The translations under genes and the position numbers were made by a program. Positions 47,282 through 64,000 of a stretch of 64,000 bases of DNA are shown here, one piece after another. Position 1 is the stretch's first letter. Each line of letters starts with the position of its first letter. The notes beneath the pieces were generated by a model. That model saw only the letters and a program-made list of their open reading frames with translations, had not been told where the DNA came from and made no database searches. The stretch is from Eledone cirrhosa. Taxonomy: Eukaryota. The stretch lies in contig OZ024753.1 of NCBI GenBank assembly GCA_964016885.1, forward strand, positions 12,276,001 through 12,340,000, read 5' to 3'.

Positions 47282-47542
47282 TTGGTGGCTGTCAACTAGT
47301 TTTCGAGTACGGCCACTACTTTATATCTATGTAGGAGAACCCCTACCGATGTGCTGAACGAGTGTGACTTTTTAGTCCAGCCAACGACTTGAAAACTCTG
47401 GTACAAACACTACACTTGTGACAATTACTGACACATAGTGCTGGGCCCATGGTACCATGTGACGACAAGTGCAGAGAGATCTCCAGATATAAAGCAATGC
47501 CTGTGCCGTGAAGCTTTTATAGTGAACAAAGGCACTACACAA
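47282..47542 (-). mobile_element. RTE-like LINE 3' end, copy 1
   Basis: Homologous to 48715-48970, with an (ATGT)n tail. Confidence 0.65.
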
Positions 47543-47588
47543 TATATATACGTACATATTTACATACATATGTACATACATATGTACA

Positions 47589-47622
<34 letters not shown>

Positions 47623-47762
47623 GGCATATATACGTACATATTTGTCTGTTATATGTAATGTATGATATAAATACACACACCTATACATACATATATATAC
47701 AGACACAGATTATACATATATACAGACATAGATACATACATATTTGTCAACTGTATGTAATG

Positions 47763-47809
<47 letters not shown>

Positions 47810-48714
47810 TACATACATATATACGGACACACACAAATACATACGTACGTATTTGTCTGTTGTATGTAATGTATAATATACATATACATTTGTCTTTAGT
47901 ATATAAAGTATAATAAAAATACATACATATATACATAATACATATACAGGTACACATACATACATATACACATACATACTACATACACATGTACAAACAT
48001 ACAAACATACACATATACATACGTATTTGTCTATAGTATATAATCTATAATAGGCATACATACATTATATACATACATATTTGTCTATTGTATATAATCT
48101 ATAATTAACATACATATATATATATATATATACATACATTAAATACATACATACATATTTGTCTATAGTATATAATCTATAATAGGCATACATACATTAT
48201 ATACATACATTAAATACATACAAACATATTTGTCTATTGTATATAATCTATAATTAACATACATATATATATATATTCATACATTAGCTACATACATACA
48301 TATATACATATTTGTTTATCATATATAATCTATAATAGACATATACGTACATACATACATACTTTCGAATGTAAGAAATTCCGAAAATGTTGCATCTAAT
48401 AACTGCATATACACATGTACAGATGCAAAGCTTATACACATGCACACATACAACTCAAAACATACACATTCACACATACAATAACATCCATATCTACACA
48501 TGCATGCATACATACATATCTACCTAGTTGATGTTGTGTAAATTCCAATGAGAGAGTCTTGTGTCTATATTAGAAAACGACTATCTCTCTCTTTGGTAAA
48601 ACTTTGTGAAATTATAAAACCAGAAGAACATACATACATACATACATACATATGTAAGTACATACATATATACATACACATGTAAAAACATACATACATA
48701 CATACATACATACA

Positions 48715-49025
48715 TGGTGGCTGCCAACTCGTTTTCGAGTACGGCCACTACTTTATATCCAGGTAGGAGAACCCCTACCGATGTGCTGAACGAGTGACTT
48801 TTTAATCCAGCCAGTGACTTGAAAACTCTGGTACAAACACTACACTTGTGACAATTATTGACACATAGTGCTGGGCCCATGGTACCACGTGACAAGTGCA
48901 GAGAGATCTCCAGATATAAAGCAATGCCTGTGCCGTGAAGCTTTTATGGTGAGCAAAGGCACTGCACAAAGCCAGTCCCACTCTCTTAACCAAGTTGATA
49001 TTTACCAAAAATAAGAACAAGAAGA
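48715..49025 (-). mobile_element. RTE-like LINE 3' end, copy 2
   Basis: C-terminal zinc-finger remnant HKCSVCTRVFKSLAGLKSH and an (ATGT)n tail. Confidence 0.65.
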
Positions 49026-49380
49026 ATATGTATGTACATACATACATATATATGTAAGTACATACATATATGCATACACATGTAAAAACATACATACATA
49101 CATGCATACTCACATACGTACATACATATAAACATACATACACACATACATATTTGTCGATTGTATATAGTGTATAATATACATACAATATATATTAAAT
49201 GTATTATTTAAACCTAAGTGGTGTTGAAGCAAGAGAATGTAGTTTCAAATTTTCTATATTTATTTAAATGTAATTACTTACTTTCTAATGTATTGGCTTT
49301 TTTTTTTGGCATTGTCTGGAGTTTTACACGATACTGAATACAGATAAACATGCATATATATACATATATATAAAAACAGA

Positions 49381-49430
<50 letters not shown>

Positions 49431-49559
49431 CAGACACACACATATACATATATATATATATATACATATATATTTATATATATATGCATACATACACACA
49501 TATATATATACAGACACACGCACACATATATATATATATATATATATACAGACGCACGC

Positions 49560-49590
<31 letters not shown>

Positions 49591-49940
49591 TATATGTGTG
49601 TGTGTGGGAAGTATGTGTGTGTTTGTGTGTATATGACTGTGTGTGTGTGTTGCTAGGTTTGTATCAACATCGTTCGATCGTTGTTTTATGAATGTTTTAA
49701 GTTGTGAGTATTTCAAATGTCTTACAATTGAAATGTTTATGTTTTATTTCATACAAACATTTATTAGTGACTTCCTAGTTTTTTTTTACGAACAAACTGT
49801 CCTATCTCTTTTATGTTGTATTCAAGACATAAGACATTTTAAGTGCAATCAATATTTGTTATGATATCGATTTAAAGAATCGAATATACATTATTAGTAC
49901 TCTACATACATTTTTTTCGTAGAAAATTCTCCAATCTATG

Positions 49941-50023
<83 letters not shown>

Positions 50024-50121
50024 GTATATACAACTATTTATATATGTAACTACATATGTACATGAATATATATATATTTTGATGTGTGTATATATGTACA
50101 CACACACATACATACACACAT

Positions 50122-50170
<49 letters not shown>

Positions 50171-50175
<5 letters not shown>

Positions 50176-50640
50176 AACGTAAAATAAGAAAATTATAGTA
50201 ATTAGCTTACCTACTTAAATTTCACTGCAACTAATTAGTTTCTGAAAGGGAATATACATAGTCTCCAAATGGAGACATCGAGAAACCTTTTCTTCACCAG
50301 GGAGTCATTCTCAGCGAAGATACCTGGCGGTGCGCGGCACAGGGAACTTATACAAACATAATTCAGTGAATGGAAAAGACATTGAAAAAAATCACTGCCT
50401 TCTTTTTCGGTGGCAAATTCAAAAGAATCAATGACGTGACATCGAGGTTAATCAGTGAGGAGTGAGGTGTTAAAAAGACAGTAGCCAAGCTGTTACTATG
50501 AACTATAGTAGTAATTTTGGCAAATTTTTGCTCAACAAAATAATTTGGAGTTAATTATAAAGAATTACTATAACTACCAACATATATATACAGATGTATT
50601 CCTATGCAAACAAATATATAGGTTTTGTCTTAGTAACTTT
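50171..50640 (-). mobile_element. Probable Penelope-like terminal remnant with a degenerate hammerhead (50224-50305)
   Basis: Minus strand ACTCC-CTGGTGA...GAAA-CTAATTAG-TT-GCAGT, abutting (TA)n. Confidence 0.5.
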
Positions 50641-51848
50641 GTGGTTCAATGCAATGGGATGCAGAACAATTATATGAAAAACGTAAAATAAGAAAATTAC
50701 AAAGTTACTAAGACAAAACCTATATATTTGCTTGCATAGGTATACATCTGTATATATATGTTGGTAGATATACTAATTCTTTATATAAAGTATGTATACG
50801 TACATACATATATGTATACAGACGTACAGTAGTATGTATATATATATACATACATGCACACATATATACATGTACGTATGGATTCACCGAATGCTCGGTG
50901 TGTTTGTAAACAAACAACCCGAATTAAGCCGTACAGTACGTCTGTATACATATATGTATGTACGTATACATACTTATATTTAAGTAACAGGCGTACTTAG
51001 AGTGAGAAATCAAATGTCGTTTCATTTTTTCCGTATATATATATATAGTTACATATATATATAAGTGGGGCGTTTGCATTTTTTGTGTGTGTGCTGATGT
51101 CCATAATTCAAGCTGAATGGAATTTCATTTCTGACTGGAAATACGACATTATTCCTTTCATAATTGTTTAAATCTTGTGCCACTGCAGAACTAAATGGCT
51201 GCATTTATTCTAACATGGTAATCATTCTTTAAAGTTCCTCATTCGTAGCGGACAAACTGTTAACTTATATGTGGCGCCATCTCACTTTACAAAACCCACA
51301 TCTTTTTTTCCCAAATTATTTCGAGGTAAACCCCTCCGAAAGAAACAAAATAAATAAGGGGTCGTTCTATGTTTTGAATGGTTATAAAACAAAACAAAAC
51401 AAAACAAAGCACAATGCGGTCAACATTTCCTCAAATCACACAGTATGATCTTAAGTTATGTATGATTTATATAGCCCTTCTCATCTCAATTTATCTCTCA
51501 TGCGTCATGGGTACAGTTCCAGTAGGTGGCATCTCAGTCACGTGTCTTCTACTATAGCCAGGGATTGATCAATACTTTATACATACATACCTCACTCTCT
51601 CTCACACACACACACACATACACATACACACACACACACACACGCACACACACATATATTTATTAAAATAACAGATGAAAGTTTAAGATAAGAATCGCCT
51701 CTTTCTCCCTTAACGGGATCTTCTGAAACGCTTTGCTTAAAATTTAATCTGTTATTTTAATAAATATTTGCTCTACGACTTTTATATATATATATTATCC
51801 TTATCGAGCACTCTCCGGATTTTAGTCTTCACATTTATTATTACTATA

Positions 51849-51895
<47 letters not shown>

Positions 51896-51944
51896 CTCGA
51901 CAATGGAACGGCGTTATGTATAACTTTATGAGCAACATAGCTAA

Positions 51945-52360
51945 CTAGCAGATTTACCCGGCGTTGCCAGCGGTTTGAAAATCCCATAAGGATTTAGTTC
52001 TTATGGGTTTGCTGAGACAGGCATGTATGTGACTTAGAAGAAAATCGATGCTCTCTTAAGAGCCTTGTAGTGAAGAGAATAAACACCTACAATTTTGTCG
52101 CCAGTGACAAAAAAATGTGCAATCTACAGCTGAAAAGTTGTAGGTCACAACAGTTTGAATGAAAAGTCCCATTATGATTTTGTTTTGATTGATTTCTACC
52201 TTACATCATGCACTTTAGAAAAAATAATTTTGCTATCGATTTTTTATTGCTCAACGTGCACAGACAATTTGGTCAAATTCGGTTGGGAATTGTAAAAGCC
52301 TTAGCTGTCCAAAGTTGTCCACAGACACACACACATCCTCCCTTTTATATATATAGAAGA
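51945..52360 (-). mobile_element. Non-autonomous Helitron-like element
   Basis: Minus strand A|TCTTCTATATATATAAAA...GGCAACGCCGGGTAAATCTGCTAG|T: 5' TC, 3' hairpin plus CTAG, inserted between A and T. Confidence 0.75.
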
Positions 52361-52609
52361 TTAGTCCCAAGAATAACTACCATGAAGATTATCATGGATT
52401 CTTCCAATATTGGTTATTCTAATAATTTACAGTAACCTGTTGTTTCTTCCTTGTTCAAAACCACGGTCGGGATATGTCTATATAAGTAAGACTAACTTAT
52501 ATTCGTATGCCTGGCTTATACTCCCATAAACAGTGTTTTTTCGCTGAAATTCTTTACGCAATGTTGCTTTCCTGAGGCATATTTTATCCATTCATTGAGA
52601 CATTAAAGA

Positions 52610-52674
<65 letters not shown>

Positions 52675-52828
52675 AATGTAACGTGCAGTTTGTAGGTTCA
52701 CCTGAGTGCATAGTTTCCAGGCGGTAAAGTGTTACAGAACTAAGCAGAGTGTAATTAAAATGATAAAATGACGATTTGTTATGTCTTCGTAATACAGACA
52801 TTACAAATCGTCCTAATATATTTATATA

Positions 52829-52980
52829 ATAGGAAAAAAGACAGGACCCCGACGGCTGAGCTCTGGCCGTTTCGACAGCTAGATCCGAACTCTTTTCCTA
52901 TTAACCACTCTACTACCCTAATTATCAAGTACTCTGGTGCGTTATGGGCCACCTGGTTCCTTACCACACTTTCTTTGTTA
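52829..52980 (-). mobile_element. Repeat family A copy
   Basis: Reverse complement of the 6001 leader. Confidence 0.75.
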
Positions 52981-53148
52981 TATCTATACACATACATACA
53001 AACATACATATTTAAGTATTTCCGTGGAAAAGGTAAAGGAAAAAAGAGTGCTCTATGTGTAGTACAGAGCTATTTAATTATGTAATAAACAACACAATAT
53101 AAGTATTCCATTACCCTAGGTTTCATGGAGTTAGACGGTTCTAATAAT

Positions 53149-53333
53149 TGTCTCTATTTTAGGCACAAGGCCAGCAAATACCCAGTGCATTACTGGTACT
53201 TTATTTTATCGACCCCGTAAGGATGAAAGGAAAAGTCAACCTCGGCGGGATTTGAACTCAGATCTTAAAGGGACGTAACTATGCTAGAAAGCATGGCGTC
53301 CGACCGTCTACTGATACTGCGAATCCACCGCCC
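53149..53333 (-). mobile_element. Full-length SINE family 1 with an 18-bp target-site duplication
   Basis: TTAGACGGTTCTAATAAT at 53131-53148 and 53334-53351. Confidence 0.93.
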
Positions 53334-53352
53334 TTAGACGGTTCTAATAATG

Positions 53353-53425
53353 ATTCCTTCTGATGAGCGATATCAGACGTTTCCGTTAGAAACGTCGAAC
53401 TTCGTGAAACCTTGGGTACTGGAAT
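53353..53425 (+). ncRNA. Hammerhead ribozyme motif with damaged stem I
   Basis: ATTCC-tt-CTGATGA-GCGA...GACGTTTC/GAAACGTC...TCGT-GAAA-CCTTGGG-TA-ct-GGAAT. Confidence 0.55.
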
Positions 53426-53760
53426 AATTATATCGCGTTGTTTATTACATAATATAAATATATACGTACACACGCAAACAGTTTTTACGTTCTGGTCACT
53501 AGTCTTTGACCAGAAGATAGAATGAGAAATAAAAGATAAAATAGAAAGGTGAGAGTGAGAAAATGAATGATCGGAGACACTTTTTTGTGAAAAAGTCGAG
53601 TACGTATGTGTATGTGTGTGAATGTGTGTGTGTGCGTGTGTGTGTGTGCGTGTGTGAGAGAGAGGGAGATATATATATAGAGAGAGAAAGTGGGTGTAAA
53701 AGAGGGAATTATATTGACTAGCGTACAAATTCCTATCTCACTATGCGTAGATGTACATTT

Positions 53761-53794
<34 letters not shown>

Positions 53795-54187
53795 TACATG
53801 TGTGTATATATATACACACACACACGCACACGCACACCTGTGGATTTGTGTGCGTGTGCATAACGTGCTGCACACATAATGTAGTGCAAGGTTGTTGGTA
53901 GATAGTGATTTGTGTTGTGACGAAGCAAACACCTACGTGGTAATTGCTGGTCGTTACTCTTCAAAGAACATTTCTTTATCGAATAAATAAAGAAAACTAA
54001 AACAAAGGGGAAACAATTTAAACAAAATGGATTCTACACTTTGTTGTACATTAGTGAAATAATGACAGCGTAAAGAGAAGTGTTATGAGGGCCTAGTTAG
54101 GCATATAAACAACACTAGCATAGGGTAACGTGTCCAGGCGCATGCACACACACACATATATATATATATATACACATATATATATAT

Positions 54188-54423
<236 letters not shown>

Positions 54424-54934
54424 GTATATATGTGAATACATACATGTAGGTATATACAAATATATATGTATATAAATGTATACATATATATTTATATATA
54501 ACAGTATTTATATATATATATATATATGTTTGTTTATATATAAATGTTATGTATATTCATATTTATATATAAATGTATTTATATATGTATATATATACAT
54601 ATATATGTATACATATATATTTATATATAAATGTATTTATATATGTATATATATACATATATATGTATATATATTTATATATACATGTATTTATATATGT
54701 ATATATATATATATACATATATATGTATGTATATTTATATATAAATGTATTTATATATGTATATATACATATATATATGTATGTATATATATATATTTAT
54801 ATAAATGTATATATATAAATGTATTTATATATGTTTATATATAAATATGTTTATATATACACATATATGTATGCATGTATGTATGTATGTATATATATAT
54901 GTATATATATATATAGGTATATATATATATACAT

Positions 54935-54976
<42 letters not shown>

Positions 54977-55242
54977 AACTTTAGTGTGCATTAGTACGTA
55001 ACACAATCGAATATATCTCCCTCCTATTTGAAACAGCATCCCATATAATTACCACGTAACAAATATATTAACGATTTCTGCTTCGGTATATATTTTTCTA
55101 TGCTAATATCAAAAGTCTTTTTAAATGCTTTTCAATCGATAGTACCCAAACAGAGACGTACACACACACACACACACACATACACCCACACACACACGCA
55201 GACACACACACGTATATGTATATATGTATATATGTATATATG

Positions 55243-55277
<35 letters not shown>

Positions 55278-55315
55278 GTATAAACATATATATATGTATA
55301 TATATGTATATGTAT

Positions 55316-55347
<32 letters not shown>

Positions 55348-55368
55348 GTATATGTATATATATATATG

Positions 55369-55415
<47 letters not shown>

Positions 55416-55422
55416 GTATATG

Positions 55423-55485
<63 letters not shown>

Positions 55486-55530
55486 GTATATGTATATATA
55501 TGTATATGTATATATATATATATGAATATG

Positions 55531-55561
<31 letters not shown>

Positions 55562-55736
55562 GTATATGTATATATATGTATATGTATATGTATATATATA
55601 TATATGTATATGTGTATATATATATATATGTATATGTGTATATATATATATGTATATGTGTATATATATATATATGTATATGTGTATATATATATATGTA
55701 TATATATATATGTGTATATATATATATGTATATATA

Positions 55737-55965
55737 TCTATCTATCTATCTAAGGCGGGTAAAATTCCCGAGATCCATGGACGAGTTCTCTCCAGCGGTC
55801 TCTGTCCCTCATTATCGCTGCCATATCCTGCATCTCCAACAGACCAGTGTCTGTCCTTAGGGCATCAACATATGTTAACCTTGGTCTTCCTCTTCTAGTG
55901 TGTCCATGTAGGGGCTCCCAAAGGAGCACTGAGTGCAATGTCAACTCTGGATGTCGGTGAGCATG
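55737..55965 (-). mobile_element. RTE-clade LINE 3' fragment
   Basis: [24 protein letters not shown]...MRDRDRWR, with a (TAGA)n tail. Confidence 0.85.
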
Positions 55966-56087
55966 TATATATATATATGTATATATATATATGTATATAT
56001 ATATATATGTATATATGTATATGTATATATATGTATATATGTATATGTATATATATATATATGTATATATGTATATGTATATATATG

Positions 56088-56118
<31 letters not shown>

Positions 56119-56165
56119 GTATATATGTATATATATATATGTATATATATATATGTATATATATG

Positions 56166-56272
<107 letters not shown>

Positions 56273-56353
56273 GTATGTATATATGTATGTATGTATATAT
56301 GTATGTATATATATATGTATGTATATATATATGTATGTATATATATATGTATT

Positions 56354-56400
<47 letters not shown>

Positions 56401-56427
56401 GTATATATATATATGTATATATATATG

Positions 56428-56482
<55 letters not shown>

Positions 56483-56483
56483 G

Positions 56484-56588
<105 letters not shown>

Positions 56589-56603
56589 GTATATATATAT
56601 ATG

Positions 56604-56652
<49 letters not shown>

Positions 56653-56653
56653 G

Positions 56654-56702
<49 letters not shown>

Positions 56703-56799
56703 GTATATATATATATGTATATATATATATGTATATATATATGTATATATATATATGTATATATATATATGTATATATATATATGTATATATATATATG

Positions 56800-56848
<49 letters not shown>

Positions 56849-56877
56849 GTATATATATATATGTATATATATATATG

Positions 56878-56928
<51 letters not shown>

Positions 56929-57107
56929 GTATATATATATATATGTATATGTATATATATATATGTATATATATATATGTATATATATATATGTATATGT
57001 ATATATATATATGTATATATATATATGTATATGTATATATATATGTATATATATATATGTATATATATATATGTATATGTATATATATATATGTATATAT
57101 ATATATG

Positions 57108-57261
<154 letters not shown>

Positions 57262-57326
57262 TGTATTATATATATATATATATGTATATATATATGTATA
57301 TATATATATATGTATATATATATATG

Positions 57327-57405
<79 letters not shown>

Positions 57406-57436
57406 GTATATATATGTATATATATATATATGTATA

Positions 57437-57479
<43 letters not shown>

Positions 57480-57484
57480 ATATA

Positions 57485-57517
<33 letters not shown>

Positions 57518-57518
57518 A

Positions 57519-57731
<213 letters not shown>

Positions 57732-57756
57732 GTATATATATATATATGTATATATA

Positions 57757-57789
<33 letters not shown>

Positions 57790-57988
57790 TTATATATGTA
57801 TATATATATATATGTATATATGTATATATGTATATATATGTATATATATATGTATATATGTATATATGTATATATATGTATATATATATATATATATGTA
57901 TATATATGTATATATATATATATATATGTATATATATGTATATATATGTATATATATGTATATATATATATATATATGTATATATATG

Positions 57989-58059
<71 letters not shown>

Positions 58060-58349
58060 GTATATATATGTATATATATATATATATATGTATATATATG
58101 TATATATGTATATATATATATATATATGTATATATATGTATATATGTATATATATGTATATATATATATATATGTATATATATGTATATATATATATATA
58201 TATGTATATATATGTATATATGTATATATATGTATATATATATATATATGTATATATATGTATATATGTATATATATGTATATATGTATATATATGTATA
58301 TATGTATATATATGTATAATGTATATATGTATATATATATGTATATATG

Positions 58350-58385
<36 letters not shown>

Positions 58386-58397
58386 TAAATATGTATA

Positions 58398-59087
58398 TTC
58401 GCTGGCTGGATCTTGAGGACTTTCCTTACAAGAGATCGAGACACCATGTTGACACTGTGGAGGACTTTTGTCCTAAGCCGCCTGGACTACTGCTCCCAGC
58501 TGTGGTCACCCCATAGTGTCAAACTTACCACAGAGCTTGAGGCAATCCAGCGAAGCTACACCAACAGGATTGCCAAGATGAGGGAGACAAGCTACTGGGA
58601 GAGGCTGAAGGAACTGAACCTCTACTCCTTGGAGCGAAGACGGGAGAGATACGCAGTGATCTACATGTGGAAAATCCTGGAGGGACTAGCACCAAACTTT
58701 GGCACTGGGAGCTGGACCAACCGTCGAACAGGACGTCACTGTGTGGTGCCAAAGATCCCGTCTTCCACATCTAGAATAAGGAGCAGGTATTGCAATAGCC
58801 TGGGATTCAAGGGCCCTCAACTCTTCAACAGGCTGCCGAGGCATCTGCGAGACTTGCATGATGTGGAGGTGGATGTCTTTAAGAAACATCTCGACACCTT
58901 GTTATCCAGGATCCCGGATGAGCCCACAGCAAGACACGAGGGAAACCTAAGGGCAGCAGCAACAAACTCCCTCCTACACCAGTGGCCAACCTATACAGGC
59001 TGGAGATAAAATGTGTAGCAACAAGGGCTGTGCCCCAGCATGGCCTCAGCCGGATGGCTGAAACGGGTAAAAGAGTAAAAGAGTAAA
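58398..59087 (+). mobile_element. CR1-group LINE 3' fragment (post-RT domain, 3'UTR and tail)
   Basis: [35 protein letters not shown], homologous to the C-terminus of the 32138 ORF. (GTAAAAGA)n tail. Confidence 0.9.
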
Positions 59088-59143
<56 letters not shown>

Positions 59144-59174
59144 GTATATATACATATATATATATGTATATAAA

Positions 59175-59221
<47 letters not shown>

Positions 59222-59301
59222 ATGTATATATATATATATGTATATGTATATATATATATGTATATGTATATATATATATGTATATGTCTATATATGTATA
59301 T

Positions 59302-59335
<34 letters not shown>

Positions 59336-59378
59336 GTATATATAAATATGTATATATATATATATGTATATATATATG

Positions 59379-59427
<49 letters not shown>

Positions 59428-59679
59428 ATATATATGTATGTATATATATGTATATATATATATATATGTATGTATATATATGTATATATATATATACATG
59501 TATGTAGATATATGTATGTATATATATATGTATATATATGTATGTATATATATATGTATATATATGTATGTATATATATATGTATATATATGTATGTATA
59601 TATATATGTATGTATATATATATATATATGTATATATATATACATATATATATACATATATATATACATATATATATAC

Positions 59680-59710
<31 letters not shown>

Positions 59711-59836
59711 CATATATATATACATATATATATATACATATATATATATACATATATATATACATATATATATATACATATATATATACATATATATATA
59801 CATATATATATATACATATATATATGTATATATATG

Positions 59837-59989
<153 letters not shown>

Positions 59990-59998
59990 ATATATATG

Positions 59999-60029
<31 letters not shown>

Positions 60030-60118
60030 GTATATATATATGTATATATATATATGTATATATATATGTATATATATGTATATATATATATGTATATATA
60101 TATATGTATATATATATG

Positions 60119-60181
<63 letters not shown>

Positions 60182-60424
60182 GTATATATATATATGTATA
60201 TATATATATGTATATATATATATGTATATATATATATGTATGTATATGTATGTATATATATATGTATGTATATATATATGTATGTATATATATATATGTA
60301 TGTATATATATACATGTATATATATACATGTATGTAGATATATGTATGTATATATATGTATGTATGTATATATATACATGTATGTAGATATATGTATGTA
60401 TATATGTATGTAGATATATGTATG

Positions 60425-60460
<36 letters not shown>

Positions 60461-60488
60461 TGTATATATATGTATGTATATATATATG

Positions 60489-60537
<49 letters not shown>

Positions 60538-61290
60538 GTGTATATATATATGTGTATATATATGTATATATATGTATATATATATATGTGTATGTATATA
60601 TATGTATATATATATGTATATATATGTATATATATGTATATATATGTATATATATCTATATATATGTATATATATGTATATATATGTATATATATATGTA
60701 TATATATGTATATATATATATATATGTATATCTATGTATATATATATGTATATCTATGTATATATATATATATGTATATATATATGTATATATATGTATA
60801 TATATATGTATATATATGTATATATATGTATATATATATGTATATATATGTATATATGTGTATATATGTATATATATGTATATATATATATATATGTATA
60901 TATATATGTATATATATGTGTATATATATGTATATATGTATATATATGTATATATATGTATATATGTATATATATGTATATATGTATATATATGTATATA
61001 TGTATATATATGTATATATATTTATATATGTATATATATGTATATATATGTATATATATGTATATATATGTATATATATGTATATATGTATATATATATG
61101 TATATATATGTATATATATATGTATATATATTTATATATATATGTATATATATTTATATATATATGTATATATATGTATATATATATATGTATATATATG
61201 TATATATATATATGTATATATATGTATATATATATATGTATATATATGTATATATATATGTGTGTATATATATATATATGTATATATGTG

Positions 61291-61327
<37 letters not shown>

Positions 61328-61404
61328 GTATATATATATATATATGTATGTGTATATATATATATATATGTATGTGTATATATATATATATATGTATATA
61401 TGTG

Positions 61405-61437
<33 letters not shown>

Positions 61438-62577
61438 GTGTGTATATATATATATATATGTATATATGTGTGTGTATATATATATATATATGTATATATG
61501 TGTGTGTATATATATATATATATGTGTATATGTGTGTGTATATATATATATATATGTATATATGTGTGTGTATATATATATATATGTATATATGTGTGTG
61601 TATATATATATATATATGTATATATGTGTGTATATATATATATATGTATATATGTGTATATATATATATGTATATATGCGTATATATATATATAGGCATA
61701 TATATATATATAGGTATATACATGTATATATATATATAGGTATATACATGTATATATATATATATAGGTATATATATGTATATATATATATATAGGTATA
61801 TATATGTATATAGGAATATATATGTATATATATATATATAGGTATATATATGTATATATATATATATAGGTATATATATGTATATATATATATATAGGTA
61901 TATATATGTATATATATATATATAGGTATATATATATATATATATATATAGGTATATATATGTATATATATATATATAGGTATATATATGTATATATATA
62001 TATATAGGTATATATATGTATATATATATATATAGGTATATATATGTATATATATATATAGGTATATATATGTATATATATATATATAGGTATATATATG
62101 TATATATTTATATATAGATATATATATGTATGTATATATATGTATATATGTATATATATGTATATATGTATATATGTATATATATGTATATATATATATA
62201 TAGTATATATATGTATATATATATAGGTATATATATGTATATATATATAGGTATATATATGTATATATATATAGGTATATATATGTATATATATATATAT
62301 AGGTATATATATGTATATATATATAGGTATATATATGTATATATATATATAGGTATATATATGTATATATATATATATATAGGTATATATATGTATATAT
62401 ATATATATAGGTATATATATGTATATATATATATATAGGTATATATATGTATATATATATATATAGGTATATATATGTATATATATATATATATAGGTAT
62501 ATATATGTATATACATATATATAGGGATATATAGGTATATATATATATAGGTATATATATGTATATTATATATGTAT

Positions 62578-62737
62578 ACCAACCGGAAATTTATAAATTC
62601 CTTATAAATTTAAGTGAAACCAACTGGTGCGTGTGTTTCTTATTGACAACATGACCCTCCCAAATTATAACAATATCGGTTTCAACACACGTTTTCAGAT
62701 AAAGAATCTTGCTAAACAAATTCAGAAACGAAATATT
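62578..62737 (+). mobile_element. Repeat family B, longest copy
   Basis: Shares both flanking blocks with 5731-5802. Confidence 0.65.
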
Positions 62738-63411
62738 ATATATGTATATATATTATATATATATATAAATATATATTATATATGTATATATATATATAGG
62801 TATGTATATATATATATATATATATATGTATCTAATATATATATATATGTATATTATATATATATATGTATATTATATATATGTATATTATATATATATA
62901 TATGTATATTATATATATATATATGTATATTATATATATATATATGTATATGATATATATATATGTATATTATATATGTATATTATATATATATATATAT
63001 ATTATATATATATATATATATTATATATATATATATGTATATTATATATATATATATATATGTATATTATATATATATATATATGTATATTATATATATA
63101 TATGTATATTATATATATATATATGTATATTATATATATATATATGTATATTATATATATATATATGTATATTATATATATATATATGTATATATATATA
63201 GGTATATATATGTATATTATATATATATAGGTATATATATGTATATTATATATATATATGTATATATATATATAGGTATATATATGTATATTATATATAT
63301 ATATGTATATATATATATAGGTATATATATGTATATTATATATATATATGTATATATATATATAGGTATATATATGTATATTATATATATACATGTATAT
63401 ATAGGTATTCT

Positions 63412-63629
63412 AGTCGATCGACTTTCGTCAAATCGGACCGAGGAAACTATGTTTCCGTTGGTCTTTCCAATTGCTAATACTATCTATCGGTCGCAACTCC
63501 AGGTAGAAGGAGCAACGTGAAATAAAGTGTCTTGCTCAAGGACATAACGCATCGCCTGGTTCAGGAATCGAACTCACAACCTCACGATTGTGAATCCAAT
63601 ACTCTAACCACTCAGCCACACGCCTTCAC
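63412..63629 (-). mobile_element. SINE family 2 (CORE-like)
   Basis: Minus strand GTGAAGGCGTGTGGCTGAGTGGTTAG...GAGTTCGATTCC...TGTCCTTGAGCAAGACAC. Confidence 0.85.
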
Positions 63630-63775
63630 TATATATAGGTATATATATGTATATTATATATATATATGTATATATATATATATAGGTATATATATGTATA
63701 TTATATATGTATATATATATAGGTATATATCTGTATATTACATATGTATATATATATAGGTATATATATGTATAT

Positions 63776-63808
<33 letters not shown>

Positions 63809-63847
63809 GTATATATATATATATATAGGTATGTATATATAGGTATG

Positions 63848-63889
<42 letters not shown>

Positions 63890-63896
63890 TAGGTAT

Positions 63897-63941
<45 letters not shown>

Positions 63942-63949
63942 TATGTATG

Positions 63950-64000
<51 letters not shown>

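Noticed and set aside
48790-48850. Host C2H2 zinc-finger gene
   Set aside because: A single incomplete finger inside a duplicated RTE-like 3' end with an (ATGT)n tail
51660-51764. Further hammerhead near CTGAAACGC within TTATTAAAATAACAGAT inverted repeats
   Set aside because: No CTGANGA box or valid stem III could be assigned

Overview
Eukaryotic, very AT-rich, repeat-dominated DNA with no intact host gene. Roughly half of the window is (TA)n-type microsatellite, so almost all long 'YIYI' ORFs in the track are artefacts. The repeat content points to a coleoid cephalopod, most likely Octopus (inference). It includes tRNA-derived SINEs with MetaSINE-like and CORE-like central domains, CR1, RTE and L1/Tx1 LINE pieces, Tc1/mariner, hAT, piggyBac and Helitron-type non-autonomous elements. 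Main elements: (i) a minus-strand CR1-like LINE (32051-35200) with a two-CCCH-finger ORF1, an uninterrupted RT ORF and most of the endonuclease missing; (ii) a Penelope-like (Naiad-type) GIY-YIG endonuclease ORF between two apparently identical 826-bp inverted arms (41551-44482), each carrying a minimal hammerhead ribozyme; (iii) several short islands in or beside microsatellite that contain complete or decayed hammerhead motifs, including one family whose terminal hairpin occurs in flip, flop and palindromic forms. A decayed multi-exon gene may lie on the minus strand at about 1.06-2.66 kb. All family assignments come from recognising motifs by eye, not from database searches, and boundaries are approximate unless stated.
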